Source: a virus. From it: a DNA stretch of 64,000 bases. The notes beneath the pieces are model-generated. The model saw only the letters and a program-made list of their open reading frames with translations, ran no database searches and had not been told where the DNA came from. The DNA lies in IMG/VR virus record IMGVR_UViG_3300025009_000054, positions 32,001 to 96,000 of that record. One strand, given 5' to 3'. Shown piece after piece: positions 39,246 to 49,902 of this stretch (position 1 is its first letter; each line of letters opens with the position of its first letter). A program made the position numbers and the translations under genes.

Positions 39246-41313
39246 TACTTAATACCTGCCTTACTTTTTCAACAATATCGGTAGGGCAGATCTCCATACA
39301 CGGAGACGTTTCTATACTACCATTCAATGGGCATCCTATATTAGCATTCCTCCAGCATGGAGAGCATTTCATAGGTGACTGAATGGGTACTGATTTATCA
39401 TATATACGAACCCGACTATCGGTTGGACCAAATAAACCAATACAACTCTTTCCAAGTGTACCAGCTATGTGAAGTGCCAACGTATCCGCACACACTACTA
39501 CGTCTACCACCGATATTAACGCTACAAATTCATCAACCCCACCTTCAAAGCATTGATTTGCACTGTTCAATGACAATGCCGATGATATAACATAGCAATC
39601 CTTACTTAACTCTTCAGCGATGCGATCAAATGAATGCGCTGGGTAATCCTTATATGACTCCGCAGATTTGACGCACAATAAAACTCTCTTCTTATTAGTT
39701 AATTTTGATAATTCAGAATCAGCGATCTTAACTAATTCCTCATTTGGGAATATATCAAGGGAATAGTCATCCATCTTAATGCCAAGTGCTTTACAATACG
39801 CGACTGGACGTGAAGTTGTTATATGTGGCAATTCAGACACTTCAGAATGTGCTGGAGCGGTGGATATATCACGGATAATATCGAACTTCATATAATTTAT
39901 TTGATTTGATGGTATGAGAGCATTTAAATACGGATTACCAGAAAGTAATAGGCTTACATTATTTACCATGCTATCACGTACCGATAGGTATACTTCATTG
40001 CCAGATTCATGCAAGCTGCGAATAGCAGGTGTTGTCGTAAGGATATCGCCAAGACCACCACTATTTTCAATAAGCAGCACTTTCTTACCGCCACCCTTTA
40101 TACTAGATACGCCACATCCATATGAACTAATAGCAGACTCTATAGTTTTATGCCACTCAGGTATCATATCTCTCCACATATAATTACTAGTAACGAATTC
40201 TCTACACTGTCGGCCAAGTTCTTTCCTCTCAGATTTTGTTTTAGAGCATAAATCATATATTTTCTTAGCCATATCTTCAACATCTATGATTGGTCTGAGT
40301 AAAGGTATAACTGGGTGTATAACTCTAGCATCTTTATGATTTATCTTTTGCCACTCAAACGGGTTTTGCTCTATCGTGCCAGACCAATGAGTAGAGATTG
40401 ATGGAACACCACATGCCATAGCTTCTGTATGAGGTAATCCCCATCCTTCTCCTAATGTAGAAAGTACATGAACATCGAGCGCACTATATACCATTGGCAT
40501 GTGAAGCGCAGATATCATATCGCCACGATGTATAAATTTTCCATCTATGGAAAGTTGTACAACACTATCTCTCATGTTGTACGCATCGACTATTTCACCA
40601 ATATCGAATCCAACCGGACCATGCCAATTGCAATGCATATATAGCACAGCTTCTGGTATTTCATCAACAACCATTCTCATAGCTTTGATGAGCGATGGAA
40701 AATCCTTACGTATCTGATTAACAGCAACCATACCAACGACTATATTATCATCTAATCCAAACCTATTAGAGTCGCATGGTTTAAAGAACTCGGTATCAAC
40801 TCCGTGTGGTATATATGATATTCGATCTGCTGCCCCAGGAACTGCCTTCTGAAAAATATCTCTAGACCACTTATTATATGTCACTGTAAAATCTTGTTTT
40901 GCAATGGTATCGCACCACGATTTGGGTATTGAATTATCCGGTGTTATCGAATCTAATGGTTGGTAAAAGATAATAGGGAATCTCCTATCAGCCATAAAAT
41001 TTGGATCCGTCATATATGACGTCATCCACGTATCAAGATTTACCACTAGAACATCGGGGTTTACCATTTGCAGCCATCCTGCTATACTCTGCTTACCAAA
41101 CGACCCAGGCTGTCCCAATGCAGGATATATGTGATACGGATACATAAGCGGATTCTGCTTGGAATACGGTGGCTGACCTATGCCCATACAATGTATTTCA
41201 TATTGTCCTGGGTACATATGATATAACCCAGCAAGCACATTTCTTGCTACTGTACCAAAACCAGTCGATCCCATAGGGGAATCGGAGAACCATGCTACTC
41301 TAATTCTACCCAT
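39232..41313 (-). CDS. Fused glycosyltransferase: GT4 N-terminal plus GT9 (heptosyltransferase-like) C-terminal
   Basis: TGFG, IPHGVD, RKDF, EGWGLPHTEAMACG; then GGLGDIL, DTLALHIA, LFGPT, CSPCW...C...C. Confidence 0.85.
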   Translation of the reverse strand: MGRIRVAWFSDSPMGSTGFGTVARNVLAGLYHMYPGQYEIHCMGIGQPPYSKQNPLMYPYHIYPALGQPGSFGKQSIAGWLQMVNPDVLVVNLDTWMTSYMTDPNFMADRRFPIIFYQPLDSITPDNSIPKSWCDTIAKQDFTVTYNKWSRDIFQKAVPGAADRISYIPHGVDTEFFKPCDSNRFGLDDNIVVGMVAVNQIRKDFPSLIKAMRMVVDEIPEAVLYMHCNWHGPVGFDIGEIVDAYNMRDSVVQLSIDGKFIHRGDMISALHMPMVYSALDVHVLSTLGEGWGLPHTEAMACGVPSISTHWSGTIEQNPFEWQKINHKDARVIHPVIPLLRPIIDVEDMAKKIYDLCSKTKSERKELGRQCREFVTSNYMWRDMIPEWHKTIESAISSYGCGVSSIKGGGKKVLLIENSGGLGDILTTTPAIRSLHESGNEVYLSVRDSMVNNVSLLLSGNPYLNALIPSNQINYMKFDIIRDISTAPAHSEVSELPHITTSRPVAYCKALGIKMDDYSLDIFPNEELVKIADSELSKLTNKKRVLLCVKSAESYKDYPAHSFDRIAEELSKDCYVISSALSLNSANQCFEGGVDEFVALISVVDVVVCADTLALHIAGTLGKSCIGLFGPTDSRVRIYDKSVPIQSPMKCSPCWRNANIGCPLNGSIETSPCMEICPTDIVEKVRQVLSIDAK

Positions 41314-42227
41314 TACTTCTCCTTTTTAAATGGAAGCTCATTAATATCGAACCCGCTAGCACCCTTATGTCCGCCTCCACCATACTTCTTTGCAATCTTT
41401 TCAACATCGATCTTCATAGAATACAATGAGATTACGAATTTTTCACCATCATAGATAAACGTTATTGACATATCGTAGGTATCTGGATCAATACTGTTGA
41501 ATATTTCACTACCAACCTTGGCAGCATTTACTACTACGCACTTGTGGCCTTCCCAATTACATCTAAATGAGAACGCATCAACTAACTCTGCATTCTTATA
41601 CTTCTTAAATCTCTCGACTATACGACCATCACTATGGACTTTGCACATCATGTGTGGCGATAATACCATAGCCCATATGCTGCCATGTACCTGTTCCCCT
41701 ATCATAGGATTTGTGTCATATGATTCCATGCCAGAGAAGAAGAATCTGGTTTCATCACCATATTTCCAATCCCATACGTCACGATCACCTATGAGGAGTG
41801 TTGGTTTTGGTACGTCACTGACATACTTCTCGATATTCTCTCTTTGAAGCTCCGGTCCCTGCTCACGTATATCATCGCCAAGCAGATTAAAGTATATATA
41901 CGTAAGTACACACCCAGCAATTCCATCGATGCGCATACCAGGTATTCTCTGGTGAAAGCCCTTGTACTTATCTATTGACGTAATATGATGATCAATCCAT
42001 ATCACATCATCAGTGATAGCTAGAAGCTTATCCATATCCTCAGGTTCAAGGGAGAAATCTACTATTACAACCTTCTCATCTTTCTCTACCTTATCGAGAT
42101 ACTCATTGGATGGTATATTATAATTGGCTTTCAGGCACTCACATTCCATACCATACTTATATCGCACCCAGAACGCCGCACATCTACCATCTAGGTCATC
42201 ATGATATATACAACGCACTTTACTCAC
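41313..42227 (-). CDS. DHH/DHHA1 phosphoesterase
   Basis: YHDDLDG, IVDFS, IDHH, GGGGHKGASGF. Confidence 0.9.
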   Translation of the reverse strand: MSKVRCIYHDDLDGRCAAFWVRYKYGMECECLKANYNIPSNEYLDKVEKDEKVVIVDFSLEPEDMDKLLAITDDVIWIDHHITSIDKYKGFHQRIPGMRIDGIAGCVLTYIYFNLLGDDIREQGPELQRENIEKYVSDVPKPTLLIGDRDVWDWKYGDETRFFFSGMESYDTNPMIGEQVHGSIWAMVLSPHMMCKVHSDGRIVERFKKYKNAELVDAFSFRCNWEGHKCVVVNAAKVGSEIFNSIDPDTYDMSITFIYDGEKFVISLYSMKIDVEKIAKKYGGGGHKGASGFDINELPFKKEK

Positions 42228-42624
42228 TTAGATTCTCCTCCTTAGATTTAGTATCACTAGAGCCCACTGGCATAATACTAAGATCAATATACGGCGATCT
42301 ATCTTTAATCGGGACAAGATAAATTGACCATGCTAATCTTCCACAAGGCATTTGTGTTGGTAAAAACTTCTCTGTTGGATAACTAACAACAGAATCACCT
42401 ATTACTGCTTTACAGACATTTAGAATAGCATCTGCCAGTGATTGTGGTGTTGCACAATGTTCCCTCCATGGAGCAGCAATTATGTCTATATCGAATTTTA
42501 AGCTCCCATGGACTCCAAGAGCATACCCATATCTACGGGCAACCAACCTCAATGCTGGGATTAACGCATCATAGTATTCCTGTACCATGTCTTGGTGTGG
42601 GCTAATTCTCTTTAATTTAACCAT
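42220..42624 (-). CDS. Minimal nucleotidyltransferase-like protein
   Basis: GVHGSLKFDIDII (GS..DxD) and a later IDLS. Confidence 0.5.
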   Translation of the reverse strand: MVKLKRISPHQDMVQEYYDALIPALRLVARRYGYALGVHGSLKFDIDIIAAPWREHCATPQSLADAILNVCKAVIGDSVVSYPTEKFLPTQMPCGRLAWSIYLVPIKDRSPYIDLSIMPVGSSDTKSKEENLSE

Positions 42625-42636
42625 TTTAATATCCTC

Positions 42637-43299
42637 CTACGGAGCGCATCTGCCTTTATACCAGCAATCACCACACTCAGATTTTGGATCCGGATTGTAT
42701 TGTATTGGTATTAATTCGCCAGTTTCTAGGTATGGTATCATCGGCCACACCTGACGCTCAATCTTCATCCATCGTATGGGATCATAATCTATCGGAAACA
42801 CTTTATATTTATTGGGATCATTAAGGTACTCTGGATGAAACAAACCAGAACACATGCCTGGTATTCCCTTATTTACGTAAATGAACACCCCGCGATGGAT
42901 ACCACTCCTATGAAGATATGCGTTGAGCTGTGTCTTGTAGTTATCGTGAGGTTCTGTCAGATATCTAAACCTTGATGGACTTATCGACTTAATCTCCATA
43001 ATGTACGGCTCACAATTATTAACCATTGCATCGGGGATTATACCGCGTAACGACTCTGGACACTGATTACGACCATCGCAATGTCCACGCAACTTTAGGT
43101 CTTCCCATTCATACTCAATCTCTACCTGCTTGGTTAAATCAAGTGCCATAAAATGACTCTGTAGATATTCGTGTATGTACGTACCGATGTTGAGGACATT
43201 CTGTAGGTATGGTGGTATAGTGGGGGGAATCCCATAGTATACCATCATCTGCGCTTTTTGACATTTATCTAGTGATGAGCAACGAAATACACCAGCCAT
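42637..43299 (-). CDS. Cas4-like PD-(D/E)xK exonuclease
   Basis: N-terminal Cys, GTYIH, GHCDG, EIKS, QLNAY, CGDCWYKGRC (1+3 Cys, 4Fe-4S arrangement). Confidence 0.85.
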   Translation of the reverse strand: MAGVFRCSSLDKCQKAQMMVYYGIPPTIPPYLQNVLNIGTYIHEYLQSHFMALDLTKQVEIEYEWEDLKLRGHCDGRNQCPESLRGIIPDAMVNNCEPYIMEIKSISPSRFRYLTEPHDNYKTQLNAYLHRSGIHRGVFIYVNKGIPGMCSGLFHPEYLNDPNKYKVFPIDYDPIRWMKIERQVWPMIPYLETGELIPIQYNPDPKSECGDCWYKGRCAP

Positions 43300-43365
43300 T
43301 TGGATTACCTCCGTGTTTTGATAATAACGTATAAACCCAAATGGCTGGCATAATATTAATCTCTT

Positions 43366-44303
43366 TTAACTAATAGTCACATGTGGACATATTCCATCGT
43401 TACGAGCACGTCCTATATTGCAGTTATAACATAATAACCTATACCTATCAAATGGAAAATTATTATGTATGAGCCACTTATAAAATTTGTGCCCACTACC
43501 CCTAATCTTCCGATCATCCGATCCATCATTATCTATGTGATCTATATTTAGAAACATATAATTAGTCTCTCCACAACACGAGCATTTACTACCATATGCA
43601 TTATAGACTATATCACGTGATATGATGGTACTATATAGGGCTGTACCGCCATATTGATTTGTGCTATGTGGACACATTCCACCATTCCTCGATCTACCAG
43701 TATTACAATTATGACACAATACGCGATACCCACTTGGATAATTTTCACGACGCAATCGTGAAAATAAACCAAGTCCAGAATCAGGCTTACTTAGTTGTCT
43801 ATGGTGAGCATCACTAATATGATCTATTGATAGGAATAATGGGTTAGACTCACCACAACAAGCACACCTATCACCATAGTGACTCACTATATCTAAGCGA
43901 AGGCGTTCACTATACCTAGCACGCCATTCTTTGCCATGCGTACGTTTTGAATTTTTCTGACGAGCAATACACTTCTCACACCATTTCGAATCAGTACACA
44001 ATAAAGGTGATCCACAGTCATAACATAACCCATTTTAGTGCGTTTTGCTCTTACCATAATCGATAGGTCGTTATGTTTACGTGAACACTCACCGCATCGA
44101 GTACCACAGCTAGCAGTACTATTGCCACAATCCACACATACTCCAGACGCCTTTAACTTAATAGACCTGCTTTTATGCCTACGCTTAAATAAGTCTCTAC
44201 ATTTTAGACACTGTACATAATCGCCATCGATAGGTGATCCACACGACACACATAGATTATTGTCTTTGCGGTACTGATATTTTATCTTTTGAGATTGAGT
44301 CAT
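43366..44303 (-). pseudogene. Zn-finger-repeat, tandem-HNH endonuclease split by a -1 frameshift at 44033-44036
   Basis: Upstream frame carries CxxC-x8-9-CxxC repeats; the third repeat (NGLCYDCG...WCEKC) continues only in the -1 frame into two YG..C.CCG...IDH...LC.NCN domains. Confidence 0.7.
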
Positions 44304-44345
44304 AGACAAATAAATCACCTCTATATCATACAGTAGTGCGGGTAA

Positions 44346-45239
44346 CTATTTCCCGCTTGATCCCCATCCATGACTACCGCGTTCGCTTTGATCTAGATCA
44401 TTCACTTGTACCATATGTACATCACACACTCTATGTATAATCAATTGTGCAATTCTTTCACCAGCCCTAATAGTCATTACTTCATTAGGTATCATGCTAC
44501 GTGCACATACAAAAAATTCACCTGAGAACCCTGCATCAATAACAGACTCTTGCACTAGTATGTTGCGTTTGGACGCACTCGACCTAGCTTTAATATTAAT
44601 CCAGTATCCGCTAGGGATCTGGATTTTTAATCCGGTTGGCACTACAGTAAATCCATCATAATTAAGTACTGTATCTTCGACAGCACAAATATCCCAGCCT
44701 GCATCATCTTTATATGTCTTGTTTGGGAGCCCATACTGCCTAGCTCTATCATCCATAACAACCTTGCATATTAAGCCGCTATCGTCATCATTATTGATAA
44801 TATTCCTAGATAGTATATCGATAGCTATACTAGTAAGTCGTGGGTCTATCGATGTAACGCCAAATTCGGCAAGTTTGGCGGTTGTTGTCATTCTCCATCC
44901 AGCAGCACTACTCTTAGTGGTACAATCCATGGGACCAGATAGATAGGCGAACTCTAAATCGCTCCAATCTTTACTATCTATATCTCTGAGTGATTTAATT
45001 ATATCAATGGCGTGGCCTAAACTATATACAATATGTGTCGCCTGAGACTCTGCTACTATCGACATTGGCCTACCAGTTTTCCATACAAGTATACGTGCTG
45101 GCACCCCAATTCTATGTGCATACTCAAGTTCTTGCGCCGTACCTATTGATAGATCATCTGACAGGAAGTTGAATATGCAATAATTCGACGCTTCCACATA
45201 TCCATTATTAATAGTGCATGCTAAACTTCCTCTGGACAT
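44346..45239 (-). CDS. dut: Nucleoside-2-deoxyribosyltransferase-like domain fused to trimeric dUTPase
   Basis: dUTPase motifs DAGWD, ARSS, VIDAGFSGE, RIAQ, RGSHGWGSSG; N-terminal SIGTAQELEYA and YLSGPM...WR...IDP. Confidence 0.85.
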   Translation of the reverse strand: MSRGSLACTINNGYVEASNYCIFNFLSDDLSIGTAQELEYAHRIGVPARILVWKTGRPMSIVAESQATHIVYSLGHAIDIIKSLRDIDSKDWSDLEFAYLSGPMDCTTKSSAAGWRMTTTAKLAEFGVTSIDPRLTSIAIDILSRNIINNDDDSGLICKVVMDDRARQYGLPNKTYKDDAGWDICAVEDTVLNYDGFTVVPTGLKIQIPSGYWINIKARSSASKRNILVQESVIDAGFSGEFFVCARSMIPNEVMTIRAGERIAQLIIHRVCDVHMVQVNDLDQSERGSHGWGSSGK

Positions 45240-45541
45240 GTTACCTCCTCAATATTAGGGACTAGATCGCAACTCACAGTACCAACCCCATCTTCTTCTA
45301 TATATGGCAGCGCATTCACTATGGCTTCTGACGTGCCATCTTCTTCTACTACTAAGTCAAATAGTCTAAATCTACCGCCAATCTTCAAATCCATAAAATT
45401 AATACGAACCCACTCACCATCCCTATATGCCTGAGTTATCCTACCTATCATATCAGTTCTTACCCTTCTTAGACTTCTTGATAGCACGATTCTTAGCGCG
45501 ACTAGCTTTGGCGGCCTTATTATTTTTGTGCCTTTTATCAA
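45221..45541 (-). CDS. Hypothetical protein
   Basis: Likely starts at MIGRIT near 45451. Confidence 0.45.
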   Translation of the reverse strand: MIKGTKIIRPPKLVALRIVLSRSLRRVRTDMIGRITQAYRDGEWVRINFMDLKIGGRFRLFDLVVEEDGTSEAIVNALPYIEEDGVGTVSCDLVPNIEEVTCPEEV

Positions 45542-45701
45542 TCTTATTATAATACGCCTGGGCTTTAGTGACTATAGATGGATCATATCGCAATGTCTTG
45601 ACCTCGTCCATGGTCATATATGTAACACCATCGTCAACAAAGGTTGACTTATCGACTATATCATCACACACAATACCAGTGTATCCTGTTTCGGATTCCA
45701 A
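45453..45701 (-). CDS. Hypothetical protein with basic C-terminus
   Basis: TTG start behind GGAGG; Lys-rich tail. Confidence 0.5.
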   Translation of the reverse strand: MESETGYTGIVCDDIVDKSTFVDDGVTYMTMDEVKTLRYDPSIVTKAQAYYNKIDKRHKNNKAAKASRAKNRAIKKSKKGKN

Positions 45702-45714
45702 TTTAGACCTCCAA

Positions 45715-46338
45715 CTATACAGTAATATTATCAAACATAACTGGTATGAGATTCTTCGCATCTGCAAGTAATGGGATCATAAGCTCTTGCATCTGTGGAT
45801 GCGCGGTGAGTGGCGTTCTCATATGGAATATATGTCTCCACTCTCTCCAGTTGGCAGTTACAGCAATCTCAGTTTTCACACAGGTGGGTAGGCAATTCCT
45901 CGCGATCTGTGGCTTAAATCCTTTTACATTAACGTAGTATTCGTACTCTCTCTGGTCAGCATGCCTTCCTTCAAGCCACACATTAAATGCTTCATCATCA
46001 CCACGTATTTCCTCAGGGCAGATTACCATAATGCCTGAGCTCTTATAATTACAGTACCTGGTACTCTCCTGAGCAAATGCAGCAAGTCTATGTCTAACCA
46101 ACTCATGTGATATGCCACGATCACATATAAATTTAACAGTCATCATACTATGTTCAAACATGGCCTCATGCTTTTCGCTCATTCTAGCACGAAGGAATCC
46201 CTCATATGAATCATCTGTAATTTTCGCTTCTGACTTGTAGCATATGCGGATGATTCGCTCCATATCTTTAGCCATTTCAACCGCATCCATGTGTGAGTAT
46301 GGGAACATAATTTTGTAGCTAGGCTGTATTATTTCCAT
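45715..46338 (-). CDS. thyX: FAD-dependent thymidylate synthase
   Basis: HEAMFEH, SHELVRHR...QESTRY, ANWREWRH. Confidence 0.95.
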   Translation of the reverse strand: MEIIQPSYKIMFPYSHMDAVEMAKDMERIIRICYKSEAKITDDSYEGFLRARMSEKHEAMFEHSMMTVKFICDRGISHELVRHRLAAFAQESTRYCNYKSSGIMVICPEEIRGDDEAFNVWLEGRHADQREYEYYVNVKGFKPQIARNCLPTCVKTEIAVTANWREWRHIFHMRTPLTAHPQMQELMIPLLADAKNLIPVMFDNITV

Positions 46339-46385
46339 CGGATTCTCCTCTCAATTTGGATAAGTCTACGCTAGGTTGCCCACAT

Positions 46386-48644
46386 CTATCCGCAACGGGA
46401 CCATGAACATGCCGGATTAGAACACTTATAACATCCCTCACTATATTTTATCATCGACCCACAATCGGCACACAGCTCGACCTTGGGACCACCAAATAAA
46501 TCTAGCGTATGTCTAACGTTCTGATCCGTCGCACGTTGAATTGCTTTTCCAATAGCATCGGCACACGATAGAACGTGTGTATTCTCGTCAGCTACGCATC
46601 CTAAGCACCGTATTCCAAGAAGCTGTTCGAGGACCGTATCGACACTCAAACCTGCTCTGAGTGCATTACTGATAACACGCGACAGGCTTTCAGCCAAGGA
46701 ATGGCATCCGCTAGCCCTTCCCGTATTACACATGACCTCAAGCACACGCCCATCAGTATCCTTATTTACAGTAATATATATACTGCCACAGTTTCCAACC
46801 TTAAATACCGACGTGCTACCAGATAGAAGCTGTGGCCTAGTAGTAGATCTTATATCCTCCGGTGTATGGGTTTTCCCACCAGCAGACATTGGTTGATTCT
46901 CACGGCAGTTATTTCTATATACTGTCATTCCTTTACACCCAGTCTCATATGCCAACTTTATAGCACCAGCGACATCTTCAACTGTGGAGTTGTTATTCAT
47001 ATTAATGGTTTTGCTAATGGATAGATCTATATGCTCCTGAAACGCTGCTTGCATTTTGATATGATCAGACCAATGTATATCGTGCGCACATACAAATAGC
47101 CTCTTCAGGGACGACGGGAGTCCTGTAATATTTTGAATTGATCCATCATGTTTTTTTGCAATCTCACTAATTAAATCATTCGACCATATACCAGCACGTT
47201 TTGATTCATCGACAAACATGGGGTGAACTTCACTCATCTCAGTGCCATCAAGTACTGTCCTGGTATAAGCCACTGAGTACATCGGCTCTATACCGCCAGT
47301 GACACCTGCAATTATTGATAACGACCCAGTCGGTGCTACACACGTCCTAGTAGCATTACGGATAGCGTACTTACCATCGTATATACTGCCACTCCACGCT
47401 GGAAATGCACCACGTTCATTAGCCATATAAATAGATTCTTCGGTAGCAATATTTGAGATAGCCTGCATTACCATCTTACCAGTATCACGAGCTTCTTCGG
47501 AATCATATCTCAGTCCAAGTTTGAGTAGCATTTCTGCCCAGCCCATAACGCCTAACCCAATCTTGCGTGTGAGCAGCGTAGCATCTTTGATTTCTGGAAG
47601 TGGGTAACAATTGACATCTATTACATTGTCGAGGAATCTTACTGCAGTTCTAACAGTAGATTCCAATATATCCATGTCTATTTTTGGCATATCATCATTA
47701 GTGACCATTAAAGATAAGTTGATAGACCCCAAATTGCATGACTCGTTGGTTAACTGTGGCACTTCTGCACAGGGATTGCAGCCCTCTATCTCACCAAGAT
47801 GTGGAGTTGGATTATATCTATTAATATTACCCCTGAATAGTATTCCAGGCTCTCCAGTTGCATGCGCATTATTAACGAGTGCATCGAATAATTGAACGGC
47901 ACTAATTGTGGTTCTATTTCCAGTTGTAGGACACACAAGGTCATATTTACTATTGGTATTGACGGCATCCATAAACGCATCATCCACTAATACGCTTATA
48001 TTGAAATTTTTGAGTTTACTTAGATTACTCTTACACTTAATAAACTCAAAAATATCTGGATGGCCTATGGGCATGAGAGCCATATTGGCACCCATGCGCG
48101 CACTACCTTGTTGCACAGCATCCGTACAAGCATTGATAGCTTCTATAAACGATATTGGTCCACCGGCCTTACCATTTGTCGATGATACCAGAGCTCCCTT
48201 TGGCCTAATATGACCAAAATTAGCTCCAACCCCTCCACCCGACTTATGAATTAAGGCAAATTGCTTGATCGTATCAAATATACCTTCCATCGAATCTGGT
48301 AATGATAGCGTAAAACATGCCGCGAGTTGTCCATTATCTCGACCGGCATTGATTAGAGTAGGTGTGTTTGGAAGAAAATGCATATTACTCATTAGCGTGT
48401 AGAAGTCAATGGCCTGGCTTATCACATCTTCCATGGATGACCCATATTGCTTATCAGCCATAGCAATAGCAGCAGCTACACGTGCAAACATATCACGCGG
48501 ACTTTCTATGCAGTTACCAGCACTATCTTTACGTAGATATCTCTTAGTAAGTAGTGTAGTAGCATTGTCGCTCAACACAGGATCTAGATCTACCTGAGCG
48601 TGTATCTCAGCAATAATATCATAGGTGTTAAATTCGATAGGCAC
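46386..48644 (-). CDS. nrdJ: Class II (B12-dependent) ribonucleotide reductase with C-terminal TSCPD/Zn domain
   Basis: PNTPTL.NAG, LAACF, NPCAE, CNLGSINL, APTGSLS, SISKTIN, LSCAD and terminal Cys cluster. Confidence 0.93.
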   Translation of the reverse strand: MPIEFNTYDIIAEIHAQVDLDPVLSDNATTLLTKRYLRKDSAGNCIESPRDMFARVAAAIAMADKQYGSSMEDVISQAIDFYTLMSNMHFLPNTPTLINAGRDNGQLAACFTLSLPDSMEGIFDTIKQFALIHKSGGGVGANFGHIRPKGALVSSTNGKAGGPISFIEAINACTDAVQQGSARMGANMALMPIGHPDIFEFIKCKSNLSKLKNFNISVLVDDAFMDAVNTNSKYDLVCPTTGNRTTISAVQLFDALVNNAHATGEPGILFRGNINRYNPTPHLGEIEGCNPCAEVPQLTNESCNLGSINLSLMVTNDDMPKIDMDILESTVRTAVRFLDNVIDVNCYPLPEIKDATLLTRKIGLGVMGWAEMLLKLGLRYDSEEARDTGKMVMQAISNIATEESIYMANERGAFPAWSGSIYDGKYAIRNATRTCVAPTGSLSIIAGVTGGIEPMYSVAYTRTVLDGTEMSEVHPMFVDESKRAGIWSNDLISEIAKKHDGSIQNITGLPSSLKRLFVCAHDIHWSDHIKMQAAFQEHIDLSISKTINMNNNSTVEDVAGAIKLAYETGCKGMTVYRNNCRENQPMSAGGKTHTPEDIRSTTRPQLLSGSTSVFKVGNCGSIYITVNKDTDGRVLEVMCNTGRASGCHSLAESLSRVISNALRAGLSVDTVLEQLLGIRCLGCVADENTHVLSCADAIGKAIQRATDQNVRHTLDLFGGPKVELCADCGSMIKYSEGCYKCSNPACSWSRCG

Positions 48645-48646
48645 TA

Positions 48647-49900
48647 TTATCTTCCTCCAGGGTTTATTGCTCTTTTGATTCTCATAAGCGAGAACCTGTC
48701 ATATCTTATATCGAGATTATCACGATTAAACCGCATACTCTCGACCTTGGCATTATCACACCAGCCACATTCTATCGTAGACGCAGCATAATTACGACCA
48801 CTACTGTATGTGTTGCCATTAGACATATGACTACATGCTATGATATGTGATGCGAATGCTGGTATATCATCATCGGTTCCAGATGCCTTACATATGTTCT
48901 GCATCATTTTACCCGTATCAACCCCAAGCGACGCTATCACACTATACATTGATTCAATCATGTAGAGAGTTAAATTATACGCTTCGGGATAGATCATTCT
49001 CTCATTTGCAGAATTTGTTAAATCCCGCTCGTGCCATGTTGGGATGTTCTCCATCGCAACAACCACGTATGATCTGACCATCCTAGCGAGGGAACATATA
49101 CGTTCACATAATCCTGGATTTTTACCAGACTTATGTTTCATTGACGACGACCCAGCCGCAGATTCCTTCGACACCTCATATACCTCATCAATTTCCGGAC
49201 GAGCGAGGTTTCTTATCTCTGTTGCAATACGCTCTAGGGTGCTAGCTATAAGTGCTAGCTGACATATATACTTAGCATATACCGATCTATCGACGATCTG
49301 CGACGACGCTGCCGCTGGATATAGTCCCAGTATATAGCACGCTTTCCTCTCGACATCTGGATCGAGTACATTATACGACCCAACTGGTCCAGACATCTTA
49401 CCATAATACTCGTTAGCATTGAGATCATTGATGTGTCTTGTTATATCCCATATCCAGCTAGCCAATTTGCTAGAAAATTTCATTGGTTCTGCCCACTGTC
49501 CATGCGTCCTACCAATAATTATAGCACCAGAATTATCTTTAGCACACTTCTCTATGGCATTTCTAAATTCGACCAGTGAAGACATTATCTGTGTACCACT
49601 ACGCATACACATTAGCGACATCGATGTATCCATAACATCTGATGCCGCTAGTCCATAGTATACTGGAACGCATTCTGGATATTTATCCTCTACCCATGAG
49701 ATGAAACCTATCATTTCATGAACATATTCATTGATAAATGCGTTGATAACTGGTAAGTCACCACCTAATATCTCTGGTATGCATTTTTTGGTAGACAAGC
49801 CATGCGATTTAATTACAGCATTCATAACCTGTGCCCAGGTTTGGTATTTGGATAGATCACTCCAAATACCATTACATTTGGTATCGTATCGGCTAGTCAT
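48647..49900 (-). CDS. purB: Adenylosuccinate lyase-like protein
   Basis: GRTHGQWAEP, GKMSGPVG, GSSSMKHKSGKNP..CE, WHERDLTNSANER. Confidence 0.85.
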   Translation of the reverse strand: MTSRYDTKCNGIWSDLSKYQTWAQVMNAVIKSHGLSTKKCIPEILGGDLPVINAFINEYVHEMIGFISWVEDKYPECVPVYYGLAASDVMDTSMSLMCMRSGTQIMSSLVEFRNAIEKCAKDNSGAIIIGRTHGQWAEPMKFSSKLASWIWDITRHINDLNANEYYGKMSGPVGSYNVLDPDVERKACYILGLYPAAASSQIVDRSVYAKYICQLALIASTLERIATEIRNLARPEIDEVYEVSKESAAGSSSMKHKSGKNPGLCERICSLARMVRSYVVVAMENIPTWHERDLTNSANERMIYPEAYNLTLYMIESMYSVIASLGVDTGKMMQNICKASGTDDDIPAFASHIIACSHMSNGNTYSSGRNYAASTIECGWCDNAKVESMRFNRDNLDIRYDRFSLMRIKRAINPGGR

Positions 49901-49902
49901 TA

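Noticed and set aside
42637-43299. CRISPR-Cas system suggested by the Cas4-like gene
   Set aside because: No repeat-spacer array or other cas genes seen; solo Cas4-like nucleases are common in phages.
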